Assembly (NCBI GenBank): GCA_964019335.1
Contig: OZ025685.1
Location: forward strand, 496,001 to 560,000
Reading direction: 5' to 3'
DNA from: Diplonema japonicum
Taxonomy: Eukaryota > Protista > Euglenozoa: Diplonemea
Length of the DNA stretch: 64,000 nt
The stretch's first letter is position 1; each line of letters starts with the position of its first letter. Position numbers and translations under genes: made by a program. Below are positions 20,309 to 30,382 of the stretch, piece after piece. The notes under the pieces were generated by a model that was not told where the DNA came from, did not search any database, and saw only the letters and a program-made list of their open reading frames with translations.

Positions 20309-20782
20309 ATGAAGGCGTACGTGCTGTTGGTTGTGTTGGCCATTGTGCACCTCACGGAAGGCGGGTGCCACGAGCGAAGGGAAAATGAAAGCTATTGTTA
20401 TTTAGGTCTTCACGACGGTAAGGTGAAGCATCACTCGTGCCACTGCCCGTGGATGACGTGCACGGTTGACGAAGGGTACAGCGGGATAGAGAAGGCATAC
20501 TGTGAATACAATGACATGGGCCTGGCGATACTTATAATTTGTGTAGTGGCATTCTTGTGTTGCTGCATAGCCGGTGTAGTCCTGTGCTTGCGGTATCACA
20601 AGAACAGCAGAGAGTCACCCGCTGCCACAGGTGATGATACCATCCCCACCCCCTCTACAGCCACCGTCATAGTTGTGCCCATGCCTTTGATGCCAACAGT
20701 TGCTCAGGTAGAAAATCAAGGTCACCCCGTGTCTGGTGCACCTGAGCCCGAACCTGAGTCTAGTAGCCATCCTTATCTGTGA
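20309..20782 (+). CDS. Small type I membrane protein with Cys-rich ectodomain
   Basis: Signal peptide MKAYVLLVVLAIVHLTEG; six-Cys ectodomain; TM LAILIICVVAFLCCCIAGVVLCL; Pro/Thr tail. Confidence 0.8.
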   Translation: MKAYVLLVVLAIVHLTEGGCHERRENESYCYLGLHDGKVKHHSCHCPWMTCTVDEGYSGIEKAYCEYNDMGLAILIICVVAFLCCCIAGVVLCLRYHKNSRESPAATGDDTIPTPSTATVIVVPMPLMPTVAQVENQGHPVSGAPEPEPESSSHPYL

Positions 20783-20914
20783 GGTTTTGGCATGATACAT
20801 TTTTTGTTTTTTTTTTGTTTTTTTGTTATCCGTTAACTCTCTCCTCTTATTTCAAAAAAAAAAAGGAAAAAAAGAAGAAAAAAAAAAAAGAAAAAAAAAA
20901 AAGACGTGTAGGGT

Positions 20915-21096
20915 CCTATGTTTGGGCAAGAGAACGGGGGGGGGGGGGGGGGAAGCCCGTTTCCTTTCTCAGAGGGAAACGCTGGTTCCCTTTCTTAAAA
21001 GGAAACGGCCCCCAAAAATAAGGAAACGTTTCCGTTTTCGTTTCCTTATTTTCAAAAAGAAAAAAGCTTGGAAACGCGTTTCCTTGCCAACATAGG
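20915..21096. mobile_element. MITE-like element, copy 1
   Basis: Ends cctatgtttgggcaag ... cttgccaacatagg are inverted repeats; the interior has multiple GGAAACG/CGTTTCC motifs in both orientations. Confidence 0.6.
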
Positions 21097-21416
21097 TGTG
21101 GGGGGGGGGGGGGGGGGTGCTGATGACATGGTATGGGGGATGAAGAAAAAGAAGAAGAAGAAGAAACTGGATGGGAAAAAAAAAAGGACAAAAGTGTTTT
21201 TTTTTCTTTTTTTTTTTCCACTTGTCTCTCTCTCTCTCTCTGGCATGGCTTTATCAAAATCGAAACGGTTTGTGCAAAGTCGAGTTCGTGCCCACAATGG
21301 ACTTTTGTGTAGCGGCCTTTGGAGGGGTCACCGCAATCACCGTGAGGAAGGGGTACTTTTATTTAAAATAAGTTTTTATTTTATTTTATTTTATTAATGC
21401 GCTGATAAAACAGGGG

Positions 21417-21458
<42 letters not shown>

Positions 21459-22547
21459 TGGAACTTCTTTTTTTTTTCTTTTTTTTTTTTTTGTTTGCTT
21501 CAATGGGGCAACAAGACCTTTGGCCGGGTGATGCTCGGCAGAGACAGGAACAAGGCAACACTTTCATCAGCCATGTCACTACCAAGCGGCAGAGTTACAG
21601 CCACCTAGGCACAAACAGACATCTAAAAACAAGGATGATATATACTTTTATTGACTCCGTTTAGCTTCGACGAAAAAAAGAAAAAGGTGCCCATTCGTGG
21701 ACTAGAGGTCCACCGCATCGCCCGCTACAGCATGAAAAAGTCACCGGTTTTTTTTTTTTTTTTTTTCTTCTTTTTTTTTTTCTTTTTAGTGTGGCACCGT
21801 CCGGCTAAAAAAAAGGGGGGGGTGAAAAGTGAGGAGAATCGCTGGTTTGATTTTTTTTTTTGTTACAAATATTTATCTTTCAAAAAAAAAAAATGATTTT
21901 ATAACTATATGCAACTTGTGCCGAGCAAATTTGAAGCGAACAACAAAGACATATAGTCATAAAGAATTATTATTTTTTTTGTTCTTCCCCTCTGTCAGAA
22001 GTTGGGCATTTCAGCATACAAAAAAAGGGGTGACAGGCTCAGGTTTTTTCTTGTCTTCTTTTTTCTTATGACCTCAAGCGATGGTTCTGACTCGAGATAC
22101 AATCTTCATAAAAGATTAGAAAAAGAGGGAGGAAGAATAAAAAAAGGGGGAGATTGTCTTTACGAAATACCATGAGGGGAAAGGGGGGGGGGGGGGGGGG
22201 TTTACTTTGACCATTCAAGAAATAAGGGAGAAAAAAGAGGAGAATAGAAAGTTTTTTCTTGTTTAGCTTTTTTCAAAAAGAAAGAAAAAAAAAGAACAAG
22301 GTGGGGAGGAAGAAAGGTATGGTACGGATTTAAAAAAGAAAAAAACTTCAAAAATATTTATTTTAAAAAGGAAGCTTTTCAGGGGAGGGGGTAGGGGAAG
22401 AACGATAAAAAAGAAACAGAACAAGAGAGAAGGAGGAGTGAGAAAGTAGGGAAACATGTATTCCCCTTCCTCTCCTTGCTGAACTCTTTGTTGATAAATT
22501 ATACAAAAAAAAAAAAAAAAGAAAAAAAAAAACATGGGGAAAGGGGT

Positions 22548-22619
22548 GCTATGTTGATAAGAAAATAGGAAAATGGCTCCAAAAACAAGCTTTGTAACAC
22601 GTGTTTTTGCCAACATAGC
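22548..22619. mobile_element. MITE-like element, copy 2 (internally deleted)
   Basis: Inverted ends gctatgttg ... caacatagc; aagctttgtaacacgtgtttttgccaacatag aligns with the right end of copy 1. Confidence 0.55.
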
Positions 22620-23322
22620 CCTTGTGGGGGGGGGGGGGGGGGTTCTAAACTGGTTATTTATCTTTGTCAAACAACGAAGGGGTCGTCTGCTCCTTCATTT
22701 CTTTTTCCCTTTCCTTCCCTCTGCAGTTTCCTGATCTTTTAAGATAAAAATTTTTTTTAAAGAAAAAAAAAACAGGAACTATCAAGAAGTTATTCTCTGT
22801 TTCTTTTTCTTTTTCTTTTTTTCTTTTTTTTTTTTTTTGCCATCACTCCCTTTCCTCCCCCAATGTCCTTATGAAGGTGTATATATTTATATATATATTT
22901 TCTTTTCCCCCCTTGCTCCCCCAGTGCACGGTTTAAGAGTGGGGCTGAGAAAAAGGCTCACTTGCTTGAGGCCGTATGCGTATGACTAATGGGGAGGAGT
23001 CCTTCTAGGGCACTCTTAAGTACCTTGCGCCTTACGTAACCCCTGTATCAGTTCACGGGAAAGGTGGTTAGTGCTCCAGGATGACATGACAGGGAGATTC
23101 TTTTTTTCTTTTTTTTTTTTTTTTTTTCGGTTTGATGATGCCTCCCCTTGTGTGTGAAAGTGTGCCGTTCTCTCCTTCCTCTTCCAACCCCCTCCCCAGG
23201 CATAACTTTGTGCAGATTTTCTTTGCAAATCTTCGTCTGGCGAATCTGACAACAACAAAAAAGAATGTTTCCTGCCGAACCTTAACAAGAAGAGAAGAAA
23301 AAAAAAAAGAAATTGCAAAATG

Positions 23323-24151
23323 TTTTATTTATCTTTTTGCCCCCCTCCCTAGTGTTTTTGGCTGGGGACCCCATAAATAAAGTAGACTTTATTTCCCGGC
23401 GGGGTCGTGGTGGCTGAACCTAAGAGAACATGTAAAGAACGAGCGTTTCTTCGTCCAAATAAGAGATGACAAGCCAACTGAAGCAGTGCTTGGGAAGACC
23501 GTCCTCTATGAGTTAGGTAAGATTGTTGCATGTGAGTTGATGCTCCCCAACGTTAACTCGTTAACGGGCCATACGTTTAAGCGCTCTTGAGGAACACGTC
23601 AGTGTCGACGGTGGAGCTGGCACTGGATTTCGAGAACGTGACTGGGAAGACCCTTGGAGGGAAGCTGGGGGATCTCGCAGAAGTACAGCAGAAAGCGAGG
23701 AGATTGCATGGACTGATGAAGAAGATCTGGCACACATGGGAGCTAGGGAGGGTACTGAAGAAGGTAAGATGGTGAAAGGAAGGAGGGCCTTCCCAGTTGA
23801 GCCGTGCACAAGGGTGCACACTACGATCCATCGGGAGGACAAAGGCGGTGATCGGATGGAACAGGAGGGCGATATTTACATCACCGAAGACCAAGCATGA
23901 CCTAGAGGCGTTGAAAGGACAATGGGCAAGAGAACGAAGAGAAAGAACGGCCAGGCTGGGGAGAAGGCCGGCAAGACCACCAAAGGAGGAGAAACCGCTG
24001 CTGAAAGGGGATAGGTGCAGGTAGAGCATGAGAACAAGGGGGCGTCTCACAAAGACTTCCTTTAACTCATATATTTATTTTTTAGCATGCCAAATATAAA
24101 ACGTCCCCAGCCAAAAAACACTAGGTCGGAGGGCAAAAACGATAAATAAAA
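23323..24151. mobile_element. About 830-bp segment bounded by imperfect inverted repeats of about 48 bp
   Basis: ttttatttatctttttgccccctccctagtgtttttggctggggac (23323-23369) vs gtccccagccaaaaaacactaggtcggagggcaaaaacgataaataaaa (24103-24151); the interior is homopolymer-poor, degenerate coding-like DNA. Confidence 0.6.
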
Positions 24152-25804
24152 TCACAGATTCTTCTATTAAAGTGGACTTTATTTTTCCCTTGGCCTCATT
24201 TTCTGTCCCTTGGGGTCATGATTTTCCCTCGCTACGCTCGGGGAAAATCAAACCCCCGCGGGAAGAAAAAACGCCCGCGGGAAATAAACCCGCAATCCAC
24301 TTTATTTTTACCAAAATCAATAGTTATTATTTGAATGTGTTTTTTTTTTATATCTTCTTGTTTTTTGCAGGGGGGGTTCTCGTTCGACGAAAAAAAAAAA
24401 AAAAAAAAAAAAGAAACACAGCCATGCCTAGGGGGTGGGACAGAGGGGGGGGGGAAAAAAGAAAGAAAGCAAAAAAAAAAAGAAGTGGGGGGGAAGAGGA
24501 ATTGTAAAGCTCAATGGTTTTTTTCTTCTTCTTCTGCGGTCTAGCCTCCCCCTCTTAGTGATCACAGGAGACCTTATTAGGCCCCCTTCGCCCATTCCGT
24601 ACACGTGAACTTCAAAAAAAAAAAAAGAAAAAAAAAAGAAAACTACCCTTTTCTCCTACAAGTAAGGAAATGAAATTAAAAAGGAAAAGGGTGTGATAAT
24701 GTTACATTGTAACACCTTCCTCCCCCCACTCCCCAACCTGCTTCTAACCCCTTTTACTTCAATCCAATGCCTGACTTTCGTGTAGAAGCAAAAAGAAAAA
24801 AAGAAAAAAAAAGCAGGAAAAATAAAACATCATTCTCTTTTTTTTTTTTTTGGACAAATGAGGTGTAACATCTTGTGGGTCCCCCCCCTTATTTTCCTTT
24901 CCGTTTTGTCGGTAACCAAGGGTACTAATCCAGAAAAGATAGAAAACAGCAAAATAGAACGAAAAAAAAAAAGAAAAAAAAAAGAGGAAAGGAATAAAAG
25001 AAAATAGTAAAAAAGGGGGTGGAGGGAGGAGATGGGTGGGGTTTTTTTTTTTTTTTTTCTTGCAGCCGTTAAAGGAGGTGGACATCAGGAGGAGGGCGTC
25101 ACTGTTTTGATAAGCTTCACGACAAACAGAGAGGGGGGGGGGGGGGGGAGATAAATTTATGCGTCCGCGGAAAGTCCTTTTGGCCCCTATCAAATCCACA
25201 TAGCGTACCCCCCCCCCCCCCCCCCCCCCTGGCCGGTGCCCCTCCACCTGGCTGCATAAAGGCAAAAAAGAAAAAAAGAAAGTGTGAGGGAAGAGAAACA
25301 GCGATCCCCCCCGCCCCCGTTTTGTAGAGAGAAAAAAAAAACCCCCCCCATTATTCGAAACTACATTTAGTCCCAACAGGTATTATTATTATTTTTTTTT
25401 TTTTTTTTTCCTCCTTCGGGCCACATTGTGTGTTTCTGAGTCAAGGTTTTACTGACCATGGTTTTATCCTATCAGGCGTAAGGTGCAAGATGTCGGTGTG
25501 GGTATTCACATATGTTCGTCGTCAGGGCACTTACTACTGTTGTTTCTGGATGAATACCCCCCCCCCCCCCCCACACACACACACACACACACACGTAAGT
25601 TCTTACCTTGCCGTCTTTTTTCTTTTGGTGCCGCGGTGTCGGAAGAAGAAGAAGAAGAAAAAAAGAAACCCTCATTCTTTTCCCTCCTCCTCTCAACTCT
25701 TATTTCTTTTCTCTTGATTTGGTTCTTTCTTTCTTCTTTTTTTTTTTTTTTTTTTTTCCCCATACATGGTCGCGTTTTCCCAAGGGTCTTTTTTGGTCGT
25801 TTTT

Positions 25805-25835
<31 letters not shown>

Positions 25836-25852
25836 TTTTTTTTTTTTTTTGC

Positions 25853-25889
25853 GGGCCGTTGCTAACCACTTCGTTCCTATCATGGTGAA
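25853..25889. repeat. Dispersed repeat, copy 2 (copy 1 at 2941-2978)
   Basis: Identical to copy 1 except for one missing T. Confidence 0.9.
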
Positions 25890-26348
25890 TTTTTCTTTTT
25901 AAAATTCAGTTTTTCTTCTTCTGGCAGCTTCCTGAACTTTGCTCAAAAAACCTGAATTGTTTGCTCAGACAACTCCAAAAAGTGCCATTTCGATAGTCAA
26001 ACGAGGCCAGTAGGATCAAGAAGGGCGCACCTAAAAAACCATGAAAAAAGTACAGAAAGTGGTAAAAACAATAATACTAAAGCGCCCACAAGCCCCTATT
26101 CTACTTGCAAACAAAGCTCAGAGGTCTTATATAGACACATAAGCGACGGACGGCTTTTTGATAATAATGCAAAAGAAATAGAGATTTTCTGCCTCGCCAA
26201 ACGGTTATAAGGCTTTTGGGAAAACGCGACCATATAAATATAATAAAAAAGAGGAATTAAAAAAAAAAAGAATTTATTCGCATCAGATATCTACTATCCC
26301 TTTCAGTACAAGAAAGAAAAGAAAAAGGGGGAAAGAAATAAAAATAAA

Positions 26349-27329
26349 ATGGCTCAAGCAATGAGCCCAGTACACGAGACCAAGGTGTATGACGCCCTGC
26401 GCCCACTGCTGAACGATCTTGAGAGCAAGAATGCTGTGATCAACAGACTCCTGCAAGACATAGAGGAGAAGGGCGGAGAGATTGAAAAGCTAAAGGTGAA
26501 AGCAAAGACCCGAGAGGAAGAGGTAATGGTACAAGTAGGAGATGTAACAGTGCGGGAGATGATGGAGATGCCAAAGGAGGTTCTGGTGCAGAGGGTAGTG
26601 GAGGTCCAGCAGGCCGCCTTCACGAACTATAACATTGCGGAGGAGGCGAAAAGGAGGCTGCGCGAACTATCGACTTCGATCACAAACCTTTCTGAACGGC
26701 AAGGATCGATATCGGTTTTGAAGCAAGCTCTACGGGACCAAAGCGACCGCACCCTCGACTTGCAGACCTCTCTGAAGGCACACCAATCCAAACACTCTAA
26801 GCTACGGACTCTCGCTACCACACAGCAACAGGTCATCAAGAAGCTCGAGACGTCCATCCACACCCACGAAACGAAGACGACGCACCTCTTCTCCTCCCTC
26901 TCCAGACTGCGCGATGTCATCAATGAAGATTGCCATGAAGAAAAATACAACCGTCTTGCGAAAGATGCCGACAGCCTAGCCAAATATATAAACATGTTGA
27001 TTATAGACTGTGAAGATAAGGGGCGGCGGTCAGACTCTGTGGCTGTGCCCGTCCATACTCGTGCCCATGAGCTCGAAGCAGCACAGACACGGATCTCCAT
27101 AATGGAAGAAGCTGCGCTCGGTCGCGAGCGGCAAGCCGCTCAAGAAATCGCAAGCCTCAAAATGCAGCTGGCCGAGGCCCGTGCCCTTTCCATGTCCGCA
27201 AAGCCGCCCACCCCGACCCCCCTCCCTGCAAAAACAGACCCCTCGCCCAAACGTCGCAGCGCGACGTCCCTTACGACCTCCACTAGGAAAAAACTTGACC
27301 CCATCGTGCCAAGGCATAGATTTGAGTGA
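26349..27329 (+). CDS. Coiled-coil protein (weak resemblance to the CCDC33 C-terminal region)
   Basis: 326-aa heptad-rich ORF containing TRISIMEEAA...AAQEIASLKMQL. Confidence 0.75.
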   Translation: MAQAMSPVHETKVYDALRPLLNDLESKNAVINRLLQDIEEKGGEIEKLKVKAKTREEEVMVQVGDVTVREMMEMPKEVLVQRVVEVQQAAFTNYNIAEEAKRRLRELSTSITNLSERQGSISVLKQALRDQSDRTLDLQTSLKAHQSKHSKLRTLATTQQQVIKKLETSIHTHETKTTHLFSSLSRLRDVINEDCHEEKYNRLAKDADSLAKYINMLIIDCEDKGRRSDSVAVPVHTRAHELEAAQTRISIMEEAALGRERQAAQEIASLKMQLAEARALSMSAKPPTPTPLPAKTDPSPKRRSATSLTTSTRKKLDPIVPRHRFE

Positions 27330-27389
27330 TAGCTTTTAAGGATTTGTTTTTCCGTCCCCCCCCTTCTCTGATTTGAAGCGTTCTACAGA

Positions 27390-28265
27390 ATGGGCTCCAC
27401 GACGAAGTCTGAAAAAGAAAAATGTAAACTGAAAGCCATTACCTTCCGCAAGAAGGGCACTTCCACCCCTGTGGAGTGGGCCTTCCCCCCGCTACATGCA
27501 GAAGTACCCATCAAGATGACACGGTACAGGCATGAGCATGTTGATGATGGAGATGATGATGAGGTGATCAGGGAGAGTCTTGGAGAAGTGAAGCAGGAAG
27601 AAGACAGGATGGTGATGAAGAATCGTGGGGTGGATCCTTGCTCGTTGCCACCACGGCTTGCATGCCAGCTGGAGCTGCCGAGGATACCGACTCGTCCCAG
27701 TGTGCCGAACAAAAAGGCTAGGCGGCCAAGGCGGAAGAAGGTCGAAGCCTCTAAACACAAAGAGCCACTGAGCCTAACACCACAGCGTGACGGGGTGTTC
27801 ATCAAGCTTGACTTTTTGAAAAGTTTGCAGCTAACCGACGAGGACGACACTACAAGCGACGACCTCATCCTCAAGTTCCGCCTCCGCAAGGTCTACGCCC
27901 GCTTGCATCCCTTGAAGAATATCAAGCTGGCATCAGAGTTACCCACCGAGCTCCTCACCTCCTGCAAGCAGGTAGACGGATCATGGGAGGCAGTCATACA
28001 CGGAGACGCACCCCTGAGGCCCACCTACCTTTCTTCCCCATCTCTCAAGTTCCATATCCAAAGCAACCCCCTTCCCCGGAGGGGGACTCATCTTGAGGGA
28101 CTCGATACACCTAATGACACGCCCAAGGACAGCCCCAGGTCGTCCAGCGGTGACCTGAAAGCCAACATACTCGGGGGCTGCCGCAGGATGCAAGATACCG
28201 AGATCAATCGCGCCCGTTGCCTCCTCGCAGCCCAGCGTGCTGCCCTTGTCGCCATCCGAAGGTAG
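27390..28265 (+). CDS. Hypothetical protein
   Basis: 291-aa ATG-initiated ORF directly after a TTCTACAG acceptor-like site. Confidence 0.7.
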   Translation: MGSTTKSEKEKCKLKAITFRKKGTSTPVEWAFPPLHAEVPIKMTRYRHEHVDDGDDDEVIRESLGEVKQEEDRMVMKNRGVDPCSLPPRLACQLELPRIPTRPSVPNKKARRPRRKKVEASKHKEPLSLTPQRDGVFIKLDFLKSLQLTDEDDTTSDDLILKFRLRKVYARLHPLKNIKLASELPTELLTSCKQVDGSWEAVIHGDAPLRPTYLSSPSLKFHIQSNPLPRRGTHLEGLDTPNDTPKDSPRSSSGDLKANILGGCRRMQDTEINRARCLLAAQRAALVAIRR

Positions 28266-28346
28266 CTCTTTTACAAGACTGCCCGTGTGTGCTGTTAGTT
28301 GTTTGTTTGTTTGCGATCACAATATGAACACACTACAAGGAGAACA

Positions 28347-29132
28347 ATGCATGCAATGCCCCCCTCACCCCTCTCCATGGCGAGTGTGGCAAGCACACCA
28401 CCTATAACTGTGCGCGTGAGCAACTTGGAAGACAGCCCGCTTGTTGAGTGTTACGAAGTGAAGAATGAGGGACAGGACAGGATGCGGCAGGAGTGTGAGC
28501 TAATGCTGCGGACACAACGGGAGAGTATGGCGGTGGTGTTGAGGAGGATGCAGTGTAATGTCTGTAAGGTGATGGAGAAGGCGGTGGTCGACAGACTACG
28601 GAGGGAGTGCTATTGGAAGCTGAGAGTGTGGTCACGGCGGGGGCGGAAAACCGGTGAAGTGAACATGGGCCGCCTCGGACTACACAACATGGGTCCTGAA
28701 CCCAGCCAGTCAATGGTCCCCTCTGTACGTGAGGGGAGCGTCTCATCCATCTCCACTTATTTCTCTGGCTCAGGGTCGTCGGGCAGCCTCTCCCCCAGAC
28801 ATATCTCTGACCTGGCACTCAGCATGCCATCACTTCAGTCCCCTCCAAGGATTACTGTCGGCTCCCACTTCGTGACCGACAAAAAAGCGGCCAACAAGGG
28901 AAGATGGAGCCGTCACTACCTCACTATTTGCAATATCTCATCATCAGGACAGGTGTTCTTCTTGCAGCTCAACACCCCCGTCAGCCTGACGGCCGTCCAG
29001 AACTACATATTAAATGGGCTGCTGTCACCTATCGGGGTCCTCAGTGAAAAGGAGATGGTACGGTGGCACAACAACTGGTGGGACGAGGAGCTCGGAGCAG
29101 AAGATAAAACAGCTAGATATTTAAAACTGTAA
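28347..29132 (+). CDS. Hypothetical protein
   Basis: About 261-aa ORF from the first ATG; Ser-rich middle region. Confidence 0.7.
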   Translation: MHAMPPSPLSMASVASTPPITVRVSNLEDSPLVECYEVKNEGQDRMRQECELMLRTQRESMAVVLRRMQCNVCKVMEKAVVDRLRRECYWKLRVWSRRGRKTGEVNMGRLGLHNMGPEPSQSMVPSVREGSVSSISTYFSGSGSSGSLSPRHISDLALSMPSLQSPPRITVGSHFVTDKKAANKGRWSRHYLTICNISSSGQVFFLQLNTPVSLTAVQNYILNGLLSPIGVLSEKEMVRWHNNWWDEELGAEDKTARYLKL

Positions 29133-29201
29133 CACTAGACTTGTAGACTTTATTTACGCCACATTTCTCTAAAACCCGTTTAGTCCCCCACCACCACAGG
29201 G

Positions 29202-30293
29202 ATGCCCACTCCTCATGAAATCATGGTCGAGCAGCGGCTTGGGAGACTCGAAGCGAAGGTAGACAAGATACTGGAGTACGTGCTGACCATGCGGGGCAAT
29301 GAAGTGGAGACCATGAGGGAAGCGGCGGAGGCTGTGAGGGTGGAGGCAGTTGATATGCAGAAGATGGAGAGTCCTCATAGAAGCCCAAGGCACAAAAGCC
29401 CTGAGAGAAGTCAGCCTGACGAGTGGGTGCGGGAATGGGACGAGCTCCCCTCGCAACCGGAATCAGTGCAAATAGAGACGAAGAGCGCGAAGCCCATAAC
29501 ATACGAAGAGGCGCTGCACGGAAGCATGTTCGACAGGAGCGACAGGGGACAGAGGGAGACCTCACCTTCTGATATCGTTGAGTCCTATAAAGCACGACTC
29601 ACGGCGCTGACTGCAGCTGCTGAAGAGATGCGAAGGTCGACCATCGCTTCACAGCACTCGCAGACAGCACAACGGACACCTTTGCGGAGACCGACACGCA
29701 CCATAACACCCCCTAAGAGAGGCCCCTCTCCAATTGCTATGGCGCTAGTCACAGCAGCTGCAACACCTATCTGGTCAGTGCCAACCACATCGCCTCTCAC
29801 TGTGAACGGGCACATTGTGGAGTACAGGGATGATGGCATCATCTCAGGCGGTGCAGCAACGTGCAAACTCATCCGCCCCCTTAATGTCGGCACCTCGACT
29901 ATCATGTCCTTAAGCAGCATCAGCGGCAAATGTTGCTTCGTCATCTGCAGCGATGCAGATAGCGCCGACGACCTCCTCTTGACGCACTCAGGACATCACA
30001 ATGGCGACCCCCTCGATAAGCTTTTCCCTATCTTCAACCCTTCCTGCCAGATTAGCATCACGCGGTCTAACAACTTCGTCACTATTAAGTCCCTTGACAG
30101 CTTCGAGGGCCCCAGGTGGATCTTGAAACGCAGCTCGTCCTTGTGGGTAAAAGTAGAGCTACACCGCTCCGACACCATCAGCTTCAGCACCGTACTTGCT
30201 GACACCGACCCCCTCCTCTCTCCCGCTGGGGAGCCCCTTTTAGAAGCTTCCTGTGCATTACCCTTATCTCCTCGCAGACGAGCGAGAGATTAG
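29202..30293 (+). CDS. Hypothetical protein
   Basis: 363-aa ORF; ATG follows CACCACAG. Confidence 0.75.
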   Translation: MPTPHEIMVEQRLGRLEAKVDKILEYVLTMRGNEVETMREAAEAVRVEAVDMQKMESPHRSPRHKSPERSQPDEWVREWDELPSQPESVQIETKSAKPITYEEALHGSMFDRSDRGQRETSPSDIVESYKARLTALTAAAEEMRRSTIASQHSQTAQRTPLRRPTRTITPPKRGPSPIAMALVTAAATPIWSVPTTSPLTVNGHIVEYRDDGIISGGAATCKLIRPLNVGTSTIMSLSSISGKCCFVICSDADSADDLLLTHSGHHNGDPLDKLFPIFNPSCQISITRSNNFVTIKSLDSFEGPRWILKRSSSLWVKVELHRSDTISFSTVLADTDPLLSPAGEPLLEASCALPLSPRRRARD

Positions 30294-30382
30294 ATTGTTG
30301 TATCCTTTTGTTAAAAGTACTGTTTACTATTCCAGCAGAGATTTGTTTACCGCACCACTCCAGGCACGATGTCGGATGTACG

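Noticed and set aside
21240-21830. Coding-like islands (e.g. DEKKKKVPIRGLEVHRIARYSMKK) as an intact gene
   Set aside because: Fragmented by stops and homopolymers with no consistent splice model or recognisable family; at most a decayed remnant.
1861-26300. Numerous short ORFs rich in poly-K, poly-F, poly-P or poly-G in the spacers
   Set aside because: They are translations of homopolymer runs that lack stop codons by composition, and show no domain-like sequence.
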